DNA from: Bdellovibrionales bacterium
Lineage (GTDB): Bacteria; Bdellovibrionota; Bdellovibrionia; Bdellovibrionales; DASUEL01
Length of the DNA: 64,000 nucleotides
Direction: 5' to 3'
NCBI GenBank assembly: GCA_050250255.1
Contig: JBFWOZ010000009.1
Coordinates: 1-64,000 of the forward strand
Shown: positions 47,581 through 57,380 of the stretch, in pieces
Layout of the letters: each line of letters opens with the position of its first letter
How positions within the stretch are numbered: position 1 is the first letter of the stretch
Made by a program: the position numbers and the translations under genes
Notes under the pieces: generated by a model
What the model saw: the letters and a program-made list of their open reading frames with translations, nothing else
Told to the model about the DNA's origin: nothing
Database searches by the model: none

Positions 47581-48657
47581 TCAATTGGACTTAATTTTTG
47601 TCCAAGTATCATCCCAGGCTTCCGAGTCATTCCCGAGATCTTTTAAAAGTTCCACTTTAGAGAGCTTTACTTTTTTAATCTGACTTGCTCTCAACGTTTC
47701 ATCTTTGATCAAAGAGTCGGCGGCTGAGTTAGGGGTACTGAAAAGAAGTGACTCCGCCATCTCTTGAGCAATTGTAGGCTCTAAGATGAAATTAATAAAT
47801 TCAAAAGCTAAATCCTTCTGAGAAGCACCTACCGGTACGGCCATGTTATCGATCCAAAGTGTGGAGCCTTCTTTTGGAACAAAGTACTTCAATTCTGGTT
47901 TTGTCTTTGCTGTGATCTTGGCATCACCGCTGTAAGCTTGCGCAATCCAAATGTCCTCAGAGTAAAGATGCTGCTTGGGATCACTGGTGAAGAGACGCAC
48001 TTTAGACTTGAGTTGTTTCATGACTTTCTCAGCTTCTAACAACTCTTTCTTGCTTGTCGAGTTTCCAGAGTAGCCAAGCTTTCTCATCGCGATTCCAATG
48101 GCTTCGCGGCTGTCCTCAAGAAGAGCAATTTTATTTGCGTATTCCGCCTTAAAGAGAAGCTCAACCGACTCAGTGGGGTTCTTTACAAACTTTGAGTTGT
48201 AAACAAGTCCGGTGGTGCCCCACATGTAGGGGACTGAGTATTCTCCCTTTGGATCATAGACGAGATTCTTAAAATCAGAACCTAAGTTCTTTAAATTAGG
48301 AATTTTGCTCTGATCTAGGGGCTCAACTAATTTGTTTTCGATAAGGGCGGTCACCATATAGTCCGATGGAATAATCACATCATAACCTTTGGCTCCAGAC
48401 TGAAGTTTCGCGAGCAACTCTTCGTTATTTGAAAAATTATTGTAGTTGATTTTCGCGTTAAATCTTTTCTCAAATTTTTCGATTACACTGGCAGGCAGGT
48501 AGTCAGACATCGCATAGAGGTTTAAAACCTTCGCTTGAGCAGGGGCAACAGTTCCAGAAGTTGCAGCCTCTTCTTTTTTTGTACAACCAACAGCTAAGGC
48601 GAGGCAAAAAAACATCTTAAGAGGTAGGGACGTGAGCACCTTCTGAGATTTGTTCAT
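47581..48657 (-). CDS. potD: Spermidine/putrescine ABC transporter substrate-binding lipoprotein
   Basis: NEELLAKL, YDVIIPSDY, VPYMWGTTG, PKEG..WID. Confidence 0.92.
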   Translation of the reverse strand: MNKSQKVLTSLPLKMFFCLALAVGCTKKEEAATSGTVAPAQAKVLNLYAMSDYLPASVIEKFEKRFNAKINYNNFSNNEELLAKLQSGAKGYDVIIPSDYMVTALIENKLVEPLDQSKIPNLKNLGSDFKNLVYDPKGEYSVPYMWGTTGLVYNSKFVKNPTESVELLFKAEYANKIALLEDSREAIGIAMRKLGYSGNSTSKKELLEAEKVMKQLKSKVRLFTSDPKQHLYSEDIWIAQAYSGDAKITAKTKPELKYFVPKEGSTLWIDNMAVPVGASQKDLAFEFINFILEPTIAQEMAESLLFSTPNSAADSLIKDETLRASQIKKVKLSKVELLKDLGNDSEAWDDTWTKIKSN

Positions 48658-49429
48658 GTTTTTGGAGCCTCCTGTTTTGAAATAAAAATGATGAGAAGAC
48701 TAATACGATACTCAAACATAAAATGAAAGCGCAAAGTGCGTTGATCTCCGGAGTAACGCCAAACTTTAACATGGAGTAAACTTTCAAGGGAAGCGTCGTA
48801 ACACCCACTCCTGCCGTGAAAAAAGAGATGATGAAGTCGTCAAAACTGAGGGTAAAAACCATCAAAAAGCCCGAAATCAAAGTCGTCCACATCTGTGGGA
48901 CCAATATGCGGAAAAAAACTTTTGATTGAGAAGCCCCTAGATCGCGAGCCGCATCTTCCACTAGAGGGTCCATGGCAAGTAGGCGAGTACGTACGAGAGT
49001 TGAAACGTAGGCCGTTCCAAATGCGGTATGAGCCAAAACGACCGTGAGCTCGCCTAATGGGAGACTTAAAAGCACAAAGAAACTTAAGAGTGAAAGTCCA
49101 ATCACCACATCTGGTAACATAATTGGAAGGTACACAAAGAAGCCAAGAGCTTGGCGAAAGAACTTTGGCCCCCTCGCCCAAGAAATCGCCACACTCGTTC
49201 CAAATATAAGACTTAAAGCACCTGCCGAAAAAGCCACGCGAACCGACGTGGCAAACGCCATTAATATATCTTCATTAGAAAAGAGTTTTTCGTACCAATG
49301 CGTAGTAAATGACAACCAAGCAGCCCCGCGCTCTGCCGAGTTAAAAGAGAGAATCACCAGCACAATCATGGGTGAGAATAAAAAGAGATAGACCAGAAAA
49401 ACTCCAAGAGTTACGGGTAGCTTCTTCAT
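48617..49429 (-). CDS. potC: Spermidine/putrescine ABC permease
   Basis: EDAARDLGA, SFDDF, PEINAL. Confidence 0.92.
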   Translation of the reverse strand: MKKLPVTLGVFLVYLFLFSPMIVLVILSFNSAERGAAWLSFTTHWYEKLFSNEDILMAFATSVRVAFSAGALSLIFGTSVAISWARGPKFFRQALGFFVYLPIMLPDVVIGLSLLSFFVLLSLPLGELTVVLAHTAFGTAYVSTLVRTRLLAMDPLVEDAARDLGASQSKVFFRILVPQMWTTLISGFLMVFTLSFDDFIISFFTAGVGVTTLPLKVYSMLKFGVTPEINALCAFILCLSIVLVFSSFLFQNRRLQKHEQISEGAHVPTS

Positions 49430-50319
49430 AAGATCAGCTCCACATTTTTAGACTTCTGGTATTTTTGAAGTCCCCACATTATCCCTAAAATGAGAACGAG
49501 AAGAATCACGCTCACGGCAGAGCCGAGAGGCCAGTTACGCGAGGTGAGGAACTGTTGAGTCAGTAGGTTCCCGATGTAGACTTCACGACCCCCGCCCAGA
49601 ATATCGGGAATCACAAATTCTCCAAGTGCTGGAATAAAAACGAGAATACTTCCAGCCACAATTCCTGGATAAGAAAGAGGGAGGAGAACTTTTAAAAAAG
49701 TAATATAGCGACCTGCACCCAAATCATGTGCCGCCTCTAAAAGACGGCCATCAATTTTTTCAAGATTCAAATAGAGCGTCATCGCCATAAAAGGAAGATA
49801 GTTATAGAGCATCCCTAAGTAGACGGCCGTCGGTGTAAATAAAATTCCTAAGCTTTCTAAATCGGGTGAAAACCATCGTGCCAGTGTGATGAGCCAACCG
49901 TTATCGGAAAGTAGCGCAAACCAGGCATAGGTACGAATTAAAAAATTCGTCCAAAAGGGAATCACTAAAAGAACAAAAAAGAGAGCCTTCCAGCGGCCCG
50001 CTCGAAAAACGAGAAAGAGGGCAAAAGGATATCCCACAAGCAAACAAAGCACTGTGGTAATCCCAGCTAAGAGAAAGGATCGCAGAAAAACAAGGGAGAA
50101 GAGGCTTGCGTACTCGGGATCCAAAAGTTTTCCGTAGGAGGTGAGACTTGGAGCCCAGACCACACCGCCATACGTGCCCTTGGTTAAAAAACTTAAGACT
50201 AAAACGTAAACCAAAGGAATAAGGACTAAAATCACGAGCCAAAAAGAAGCAAGCGATTGAAAGAGGAATTGGCTCCGACTTCTGTATTTCATCGCTGACA
50301 TATCATTGCGGCTTTTCAA
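49426..50319 (-). CDS. potB: Spermidine/putrescine ABC permease
   Basis: PFWTNFLIRTYAW, EAAHDLGA, NWPLGSA; start uncertain. Confidence 0.92.
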   Translation of the reverse strand: MKSRNDMSAMKYRSRSQFLFQSLASFWLVILVLIPLVYVLVLSFLTKGTYGGVVWAPSLTSYGKLLDPEYASLFSLVFLRSFLLAGITTVLCLLVGYPFALFLVFRAGRWKALFFVLLVIPFWTNFLIRTYAWFALLSDNGWLITLARWFSPDLESLGILFTPTAVYLGMLYNYLPFMAMTLYLNLEKIDGRLLEAAHDLGAGRYITFLKVLLPLSYPGIVAGSILVFIPALGEFVIPDILGGGREVYIGNLLTQQFLTSRNWPLGSAVSVILLVLILGIMWGLQKYQKSKNVELIL

Positions 50320-51385
50320 AAAAATGGCAGTGTTGAGAAGACCAACTTACAAAGACAGAATCACCTACATGCATCTCACGTTTGATTTTTCTTTCCAGAT
50401 TTTGTTGAAAAACCGAAAGAGAAACCCCACGTGCCGTTATGACTTCTGCCACCGTATGGGTGCCTAAGTAGGTGAGATGTTTTACTTTTGCTGCCAAAAT
50501 GTTTTCACTACTCGGTTTTCTTTTCGTGAGTACCAGTTTTTCAGGCCTGACACACAGTAACCCCTGAGTACCCACAGGTGCGGTGGTATTCTCGCAAAAG
50601 AAAACCCCTTCACCAGCCACTTCAACGCTTCGATTTTTTTCTGTTTGCCCTTGGATGACACCGCTTAAGCTATGGATTGTTCCAATAAACTGCGCCACAA
50701 AATAATTCTTAGGAGTTTCGTAGACCTCAAGGGGAGTGCCCACCTGTTCAATATGACCACGATTCATGATGGCGATGCGATCACTCATATTGAGCGCTTC
50801 TTGCTGGTCGTGAGTGACGTACACAAAGGTGATTCCAAAACGCTTCTGGATAGAAACAAGCTCGCCCTGAAGTTGAATGCGAAGTTTCGCATCTAGCGCG
50901 GCCATTGGTTCATCTAAAAGAACAAGTTTTGGTTTATTAATTAGTGCACGGATCAATGCCACTCGCTGTTGTTCGCCACCGCTCAAAGTATTGATGGAGC
51001 GATTTCCGTAATCTTTTAACCCCACCATCTCTAAAAGCTCAGTGACTTCTTTTTGGATTTGGCTCTCAGGCATCTTTTGGCAGCGTGGACCAAAAGCTAC
51101 GTTGTCGAACACATTTAAATGAGGAAAAAGCGCATACCTTTGAAAAACCGTATGCACATCTCGCTGGTGCGAAGCATGTTTAGTGACATCTACGTTATCG
51201 AGATCGATCCGACCGGAATCGGTCATTTCAAGACCTGCAATCAGGCGAAGAAGAGTGGTCTTGCCGCAACCGCTAGGACCTAGCAAAGAAATGAATTCAC
51301 CCTTGGCGGCCAGTAACTCGGTAGGTTTTAAAACCTGACGACCATTAAAACTTTTCGACACGCCGGAGAGTTGCAACATTGGCAC
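50303..51385 (-). CDS. potA: Spermidine/putrescine ABC ATPase
   Basis: GPSGCGKTT, VFQRYALFPH, LSGGEQQR, LLDEP, TOBE-like tail. Confidence 0.93.
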   Translation of the reverse strand: MPMLQLSGVSKSFNGRQVLKPTELLAAKGEFISLLGPSGCGKTTLLRLIAGLEMTDSGRIDLDNVDVTKHASHQRDVHTVFQRYALFPHLNVFDNVAFGPRCQKMPESQIQKEVTELLEMVGLKDYGNRSINTLSGGEQQRVALIRALINKPKLVLLDEPMAALDAKLRIQLQGELVSIQKRFGITFVYVTHDQQEALNMSDRIAIMNRGHIEQVGTPLEVYETPKNYFVAQFIGTIHSLSGVIQGQTEKNRSVEVAGEGVFFCENTTAPVGTQGLLCVRPEKLVLTKRKPSSENILAAKVKHLTYLGTHTVAEVITARGVSLSVFQQNLERKIKREMHVGDSVFVSWSSQHCHFFEKPQ

Positions 51386-51583
51386 TGCTTATCGCAGAGA
51401 CCTGCGTGAGATTCAAACAATTTTATACGCTCCGACAAAACCCATTTTCAACGCCGAGTTTAGTGATATTCTAAAAGGGAAGATGAAGATGAAAACCCCT
51501 GATTACTTCGGTGATTTTTTGAAGAAGTTTGGAGCCTGTTTGAAGTTTTCTTTTAAAACTCGCCTTTTCTGATAAGTTATATT

Positions 51584-52780
51584 ATGTTACATAAAACATT
51601 AAACGAAAGAACCCTCTGTCCTCATGAACAAATCTGTTCTGGGTGCAGCCAATTGCACGTTCCCTATTCGCAGCAGATCCAAGTAAAACAGGAGCTTCTT
51701 CTCTCAAAGCTACGATTATTGGGCTTTTCTGAAAAGACACTTTCCAAGCTCCAAATTTTAACCCCTGGAAGCTCTGGTCTTCGTGACCGCGTTGATTACA
51801 TCCTGGACCAATCTCAAGGAGCTCGAAAACTAGGTCTCTTGAACAAACCTCAGCCAGGGTCTTTTGAACGTGAAATTGTAGATCTCGAAACCTGCCCTCA
51901 GCTCTCTCCCCAGCTCCAATCATGGATGCAGGATTTTAGGGCTGTTTCATGGGATATCCAAAAGGGATCCTTAAGATTACGTGTAGGACCTCAAGGGCAA
52001 CGGGGAGTTTGGCTAGATTTTTCCAATGTCGATATCAAAAAACTTTTAGAAGAACCGAATGGATCTCTTAATCAACTCCTCAAGCAAGCTAAAGTGGAGA
52101 TGGGGCAAAAACGAAAAAGCGTTCGTTGGGTCGTCCAAGATTCAGGAGAGAAAAAACTCAAACTGACAGACCCTGAACCTGAAGTGTGGTTTGAAACTTA
52201 CAATTCACAAGGGGAGCCTCTCCCCTTGTTTTCTTATATTGGCAGCTTCACACAGCCGGGATTTGAAGCGAATCGAACCATGCTGACGTGGCTCCACCAA
52301 GAATTGGCGCAAATTCAACCTACAGGCACACTTGAACTCGGTGCAGGAATTGGTAATTTCACTTTTGCATTGGCAGAATATGGAAACGTTTTCGCTATTG
52401 AGTCCGAGGGACTCGCCCTTGAATGTTTGCAAAAAACCCTCTCTCACCTGCCCGCTCTCTATAAAGAACGAATCCACACACAAAAACTACAATTCCACCA
52501 AATACCTAAAGAAAGCCTACAAAGCTTTGATCTTTGGCTCGCAGATCCGCCTCGCTCAGGCCTTCAAAGCCTTCTGGGAGAGTTACCACAGGCGATTTTG
52601 CCAAGAAACTTTATTTATATTTCTTGTTACTTAGAGAGTTTCGCCCATGACCTAAAAAAATTAAAAGATATGGGTTATGAATTAAGCTCCATCGCTCTGC
52701 TCGATCAATTCCCGCAAAGCGATCATTTTGAGATTTTAGCTTCTTTGAAGCTTAATACGTCCAACTGTTCCAACGGTTGA
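51584..52780 (+). CDS. RNA m5U methyltransferase (RlmC/RlmD/TrmA family, no TRAM domain)
   Basis: CPH..CSGC Fe-S motif, FTQ, LELGAGIGNF, DPPRSG, YISC, DQFPQSDHFE. Confidence 0.88.
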   Translation: MLHKTLNERTLCPHEQICSGCSQLHVPYSQQIQVKQELLLSKLRLLGFSEKTLSKLQILTPGSSGLRDRVDYILDQSQGARKLGLLNKPQPGSFEREIVDLETCPQLSPQLQSWMQDFRAVSWDIQKGSLRLRVGPQGQRGVWLDFSNVDIKKLLEEPNGSLNQLLKQAKVEMGQKRKSVRWVVQDSGEKKLKLTDPEPEVWFETYNSQGEPLPLFSYIGSFTQPGFEANRTMLTWLHQELAQIQPTGTLELGAGIGNFTFALAEYGNVFAIESEGLALECLQKTLSHLPALYKERIHTQKLQFHQIPKESLQSFDLWLADPPRSGLQSLLGELPQAILPRNFIYISCYLESFAHDLKKLKDMGYELSSIALLDQFPQSDHFEILASLKLNTSNCSNG

Positions 52781-53045
52781 GTTCCGCAATTTCACTTTGA
52801 ACTTTATAGATCAATTGAAAGGTAGGATCCTCTCCTACGTCGATGGACGGTACCAAAACTTTTGGTTCAGGAATATGAGATAAGTTTTCTCGACTCAAAA
52901 AAGGATAATGTGTTTCAAACCGTTGAACCCGCATAACACCCACAGGGATGTGACTGTGAACATCCAGTTTGTTGACGGCCGCTTGACTAATCGAAACGAA
53001 AAAAAATAAACTAAAGTTCAAAATAACTTTTACAAAAAAAACCAT
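52752..53045 (-). CDS. Small hypothetical protein, possibly secreted
   Basis: Hydrophobic N-terminus ending SQA; fills the intergenic gap. Confidence 0.45.
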   Translation of the reverse strand: MVFFVKVILNFSLFFFVSISQAAVNKLDVHSHIPVGVMRVQRFETHYPFLSRENLSHIPEPKVLVPSIDVGEDPTFQLIYKVQSEIAELNRWNSWTY

Positions 53046-53112
53046 GGAATCCCTCACTTATGACTTCAGGTGATAGACTTAAAAAAAACAAACTGCAACA
53101 AAAAGGTATCGC

Positions 53113-54456
53113 TTGAAGCTCCCGTTTGCTGTCTTGTTCAAGTTATTGATTCTATTTTTGGGAACCTCTACTTTATTGAGTGGCGGCTGTACAAATATAC
53201 ACACCCCTACGACAGAAGTTTCGGCTCGCTCTCCGATCGCTACTAAAAGATTACTTATCGCTTTAGATGGCGTGGGATATAGCCAATTCAAAAAGTTACA
53301 AGAAGGCGGCTACTTTCGACAGTTTAAGCCTGTTGCTCCAATGGTCAGCAGCTTCCCTTCTATTTCAGATCCCAACTGGGCCCTGATCATGAACACAGAA
53401 GTGGAAACCTCTTACACAAAAGAGTACATCGACATTGAATACCGGGACGGTAAAAAAATTGGGCGCAAGGTAGGCAGCCTTTTAAACCATCTGAGTCAGC
53501 CTCCTCTCTACGAGACTCTTTTTGATTTTAAACCAGAGGGCGTATTACAACATCTTGCAAGCCTGACATGGTCAGAAACTACGGGGCTCTATTGGCTGGA
53601 CGTGATCGAGAAAGATCTTTTTAACAACTCTTCAAAAGAGTTGTACCAAGCTTTTATTTTTAACACCGACGTTATTTCTCACACCAAAGGGGAACAGGAT
53701 ATCTTGCGATATTTGAGCGAAGTCGATTCAAAACTTATTGGCCTTGAAAAACGCTATCAAGAAAAATTTAAACAAAACTTAGAAATTATACTGCTCAGTG
53801 ACCATGGAAATATTTTTTTAAAACCTAAAGCCATTCTTCCCGATGAGCGTTTGGCAAAAAAGAAATGGAACCTCAAGGACTATCTCGAAAACGAACGTGA
53901 CGTCGTCTACGTAATTCCCGAGATTCTTTCATTTGCTGCCTTCTATACGCTAGACAAATCAAAGGCGGCTTTAGCGACAGACTTAGCTGAGATTGAGGGC
54001 GTCCATGTCACTCTTACCTACCAAGAACCAAATCGAATCATGGTCTACTCTAAAAACACGATCGCTCAAATCGACGTCGATCCAAAACGAAAAACCGTTG
54101 GTTACCGCATCGTTAAAGGTCAAGACCCTTTTTCGCATTCGCATCTCTTCAAAAAAGGACCGCTCTCATGGCCTACGTATTTTCATGAAACACTCGCTAC
54201 GAAATATCCCTACGCCCTCGTTAGAGCGTGGGAAGCCTTTACGACAAATTCAAAACAAAAGCCCTCTGTTCTTGTGAGCACAAAATCAGGTTATGTTTTT
54301 GCGAATAAAGCTCTCGAATGGATTACCATGGTTATGGGATTAGAGAGTGTTCATGGATCCTTTGAAAGAGAAGAAAGTTTAGGGATTCTTGTTTCCAACA
54401 AGCGAGAGTTTCCTGCCCTCCCCGTACGAGAAATACATAAGCTTGTAATACAATAA
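53113..54456 (+). CDS. Alkaline phosphatase/nucleotide pyrophosphatase superfamily lipoprotein
   Basis: IALDG, FPSIS, D..SH, LSDHG, HGS; lipobox-like SGGC. Confidence 0.8.
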   Translation: MKLPFAVLFKLLILFLGTSTLLSGGCTNIHTPTTEVSARSPIATKRLLIALDGVGYSQFKKLQEGGYFRQFKPVAPMVSSFPSISDPNWALIMNTEVETSYTKEYIDIEYRDGKKIGRKVGSLLNHLSQPPLYETLFDFKPEGVLQHLASLTWSETTGLYWLDVIEKDLFNNSSKELYQAFIFNTDVISHTKGEQDILRYLSEVDSKLIGLEKRYQEKFKQNLEIILLSDHGNIFLKPKAILPDERLAKKKWNLKDYLENERDVVYVIPEILSFAAFYTLDKSKAALATDLAEIEGVHVTLTYQEPNRIMVYSKNTIAQIDVDPKRKTVGYRIVKGQDPFSHSHLFKKGPLSWPTYFHETLATKYPYALVRAWEAFTTNSKQKPSVLVSTKSGYVFANKALEWITMVMGLESVHGSFEREESLGILVSNKREFPALPVREIHKLVIQ

Positions 54457-54465
54457 CCTTAATTT

Positions 54466-55290
54466 TTAAAATACAGTATTGTCTTTACCGCGCCCAATAA
54501 TTTGGGAAACACAAAGTTCGTTTAAACCCTGAGGCATGGCGAGCGGCTCGAAGGTGTTGGGCACACATACTCTGATTGTTATACACTCAGTCACACAATC
54601 AAACATTGTATCAGCTTGAATAACACTGGAAGCTGTCGGATTATAATTCCCAGCATTACTACCCATCGCACGCAACGTTAATACCCCTACTGTGGCCGCC
54701 GTTGCTTTTTCTAAAAACAATTGCCGATACAAATCTGGGAAATGATGTTGTGGTTTTTTTAAAATACGATCTATTGCAGAAGCAACAACGTCTTCTGATT
54801 CTAATTGACGATCTCTAAGCCACGTTTGAATTTTTTGAAAACGACTAGGTATTGCCTCAACCCTTGCAATATTTGAAAAATCTTTGTCTAAAGAAGCATT
54901 CGCGGAGTTGGCACATTGTGTATCTGTTTGGCCAGTCATGCAAACACAAGCATCACGTCCCAGGGTGTCTCTTATACAGCGATCACCCGCAGTATTACCT
55001 AAACATATTTGTTTCCCACCAGGCAAAATCCGCGCCACACTGGGCGCTGGGCAAACACCCGCAGTCGCTAACCATGCGAGACGTGCGTTCACTATCATTT
55101 TAGCGGCATCTTCCATAATGAATGTGTATTTATAGGCAAGTCGAATTCGTGCATGTACACGCGCACGCGACGTCACATACATTTGTGCTGTACCTAACGC
55201 GACAAGAATTACCATTGCAATTCCAAAAACAATCACGATGGTTGACATTCCTTTTTGATTTTTAAACATCTGAATGCACTTTAAACGCAT
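54466..55290 (-). CDS. Type IV minor pilin-like protein (PilX-like, no Glu5), Cys-rich
   Basis: NQKG/MSTIVIVFGIAMVIL prepilin-like N-terminus. Confidence 0.65.
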   Translation of the reverse strand: MRLKCIQMFKNQKGMSTIVIVFGIAMVILVALGTAQMYVTSRARVHARIRLAYKYTFIMEDAAKMIVNARLAWLATAGVCPAPSVARILPGGKQICLGNTAGDRCIRDTLGRDACVCMTGQTDTQCANSANASLDKDFSNIARVEAIPSRFQKIQTWLRDRQLESEDVVASAIDRILKKPQHHFPDLYRQLFLEKATAATVGVLTLRAMGSNAGNYNPTASSVIQADTMFDCVTECITIRVCVPNTFEPLAMPQGLNELCVSQIIGRGKDNTVF

Positions 55291-55297
55291 ATAACTC

Positions 55298-56239
55298 TCA
55301 CATCCTGTGCAAGCGTGGGATTTGAAATGGGAAATAATAAAGACTGCCATGCAATCTTTCTGGATCTCCAGTTGCAAGTTGAGAAGGCCCTAAATAATTA
55401 TTACGAAATCCAATGAAAACTTCCATCGACTTGTCTTTATAGTTTTGTGTTCCCGCTGGGGGATTTGGCAAAAATATGTATTGAGATCGATTGCCACTTA
55501 AAAAATAGCGAACCGTTAAAGTAAAAGTTGCTTCTCTTGCATAGGAAGGATTGCCGTTTGCCACCGAAGTAGTCCGAACCAGAAGGCTCACGAAATTTTC
55601 ATATCTTAATGTCGGCCCATCATCAACCGTCGCAGGAATTGTTGCATTCGCGTTTCCGGCTTCCGTTCCGAGGGTAATGATCAAATTTCCTGAACAGGCC
55701 CGAAAGTCATCAGCCTGTCCAATACAATTTGCTCTTGGAGTTTTAAAAAAAATGCCAGTTTCTCGAAAATTATTGGCAATTGTAAACGCAGCTCCACCAA
55801 TTTCATAAGGAGGTATACCTTGAGCAACCGCCTGCCGTTTAAAAGCGGCAATATTAAATGTGTCGTCAGCGGCAAGACCCACTGAATTAAAATCACTTGC
55901 GGAACTTGTAGGATCGGCTTGGGGATTTAAAATTTGCCCACCTTGCGCGCCCATCGTGATGGCATTCACTCCGTAGAGATCTACGGCTTGAGTGGCTACG
56001 GTTCTCAGCGCGTAAGCCGCAGTAAGAAGACTTTCTTCGGCAGCGTTTTGATCGATAATACGAACAAAACTTCCCATCGCAAATGTGAGAAGAGCGCCGG
56101 CTCCCACAATAACGAAGGAACTGATCGCGACTCCCACCATGAGTTCAATGAGGCTCATCCCTTTTGATGTGAACTTGAACTTAACTGGGACTTTGTATTT
56201 TTTTGAGACGCTCTTGTCTTCGGACTTTGGCCCTGTCAT
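55298..56239 (-). CDS. Type IV minor pilin (PilW-like)
   Basis: SKG/MSLIELMVGVAI class III signal with Glu5. Confidence 0.8.
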   Translation of the reverse strand: MTGPKSEDKSVSKKYKVPVKFKFTSKGMSLIELMVGVAISSFVIVGAGALLTFAMGSFVRIIDQNAAEESLLTAAYALRTVATQAVDLYGVNAITMGAQGGQILNPQADPTSSASDFNSVGLAADDTFNIAAFKRQAVAQGIPPYEIGGAAFTIANNFRETGIFFKTPRANCIGQADDFRACSGNLIITLGTEAGNANATIPATVDDGPTLRYENFVSLLVRTTSVANGNPSYAREATFTLTVRYFLSGNRSQYIFLPNPPAGTQNYKDKSMEVFIGFRNNYLGPSQLATGDPERLHGSLYYFPFQIPRLHRM

Positions 56240-56654
56240 ACCTTCTCTTCTGTTCGGCCGATTCGGGCATAACTTGAGGAATCTTATGGGGTTTCCCCTC
56301 GCTGTCTACAGCAACAAACGTGAGGTAGGCTGTCGAAGTATGATACTTTTTCCCAGTTTGTGGATTTTCGGCTTCTACCCGAACACCCACTTCCATAGAG
56401 GTGTTTGAAACATAATTAACGGCAGCACGAAGATTTACAATCCATCCCGTATAAATGGGCGCTACAAAGTAAAGGGCATCCACACTTGCCGTTACTACAT
56501 TAGATCGAGAATGTCTTTGAGCAGCGATGGCCGCAGCAATATCAATCCACGACATCACGACTCCCCCGAATATACTTCCAAGGGCATTCGTGTGCGAAGG
56601 GAGTACAAGTTCTGTCATTGTCACTTCTGAAATCGAAACTGGTCGTGCTTCCAT
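56181..56654 (-). CDS. Acyl-CoA thioesterase (hotdog fold, YciA-like)
   Basis: PSHTNALGSIFGG..WID, VTASVD, TSMEVGV; GGAGG RBS. Confidence 0.9.
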   Translation of the reverse strand: MEARPVSISEVTMTELVLPSHTNALGSIFGGVVMSWIDIAAAIAAQRHSRSNVVTASVDALYFVAPIYTGWIVNLRAAVNYVSNTSMEVGVRVEAENPQTGKKYHTSTAYLTFVAVDSEGKPHKIPQVMPESAEQKRRYDRAKVRRQERLKKIQSPS

Positions 56655-56670
56655 GACTCCTCCAAGAGAC

Positions 56671-56705
56671 AAAAAAAAGAGCTATCTTTTTTCAAAGATA
56701 GCTCT
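56671..56705 (-). terminator. Intrinsic terminator after the LuxR gene
   Basis: agagctatcttt / aaagatagctct with a U tract on the minus strand. Confidence 0.75.
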
Positions 56706-56733
56706 GCTTTTACATTCTTTATGAGCTTTAGTA

Positions 56734-57084
56734 TTAAACGCCAAAGCCTGAACCTGAACCAATTCCACGGCCACCGATGCCACCAATTGGTGCGCTACCA
56801 GCAGGAATTGTATTCGGGCTTGTTTGAGCATTTACAGCCTGAGGAGCTTGAGCGGCTGGAGCTTCTTCTGTGAAGCTTAAATGTGGCATGCACCATACGA
56901 TCAACTGTGCACGTGATTTCACATTCATTTTCTTATATATGTTTGTAAGATGAAATTTAACTGTCTTTTCAGTTACAAAGAGTTGGCTCGCCACTTCCTT
57001 ATTTGACAACCCTTTTGTTACAAGTTCAGCCACTTCGGCCTCACGATTAGATAGACCCTTTTGGGTTAATACGTCTCTGAGCAT
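56734..57084 (-). CDS. Solo LuxR-family HTH regulator with low-complexity tail
   Basis: LSNREAEV..GLSNKEVA.QLFVTEKTVKFHLTNIYKK. Confidence 0.92.
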   Translation of the reverse strand: MLRDVLTQKGLSNREAEVAELVTKGLSNKEVASQLFVTEKTVKFHLTNIYKKMNVKSRAQLIVWCMPHLSFTEEAPAAQAPQAVNAQTSPNTIPAGSAPIGGIGGRGIGSGSGFGV

Positions 57085-57380
57085 CCTTGCTCCCTCCGTT
57101 ATTATATTGTTTTTTGGTATCCCCTAATTTTTACTACTTCTTAATTTCCAATTCAAAAGTACGTAAAACGCTCATCACCTATATCAAAGTCTGACAGCAT
57201 TTGATCCAACCTGCAATAGGGCAAAAAATCTTTTTTAGCAAAACTAGACCGACCAAAGACCTCAAGCGTCCCTTGATATAATAATTTTTAAGTGCCCGTA
57301 TCAATTTGTCTATTTTAAAATTAACCGATTTTTATTTTTTCTAGTCTCCGACAGAAGTCGGCCTAGGTAGCAAAAAACTT

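Noticed and set aside
57085..57380. Riboswitch or sRNA upstream of the LuxR gene
   Set aside because: No recognisable aptamer or convincing structure by eye; an Rfam scan would be needed.
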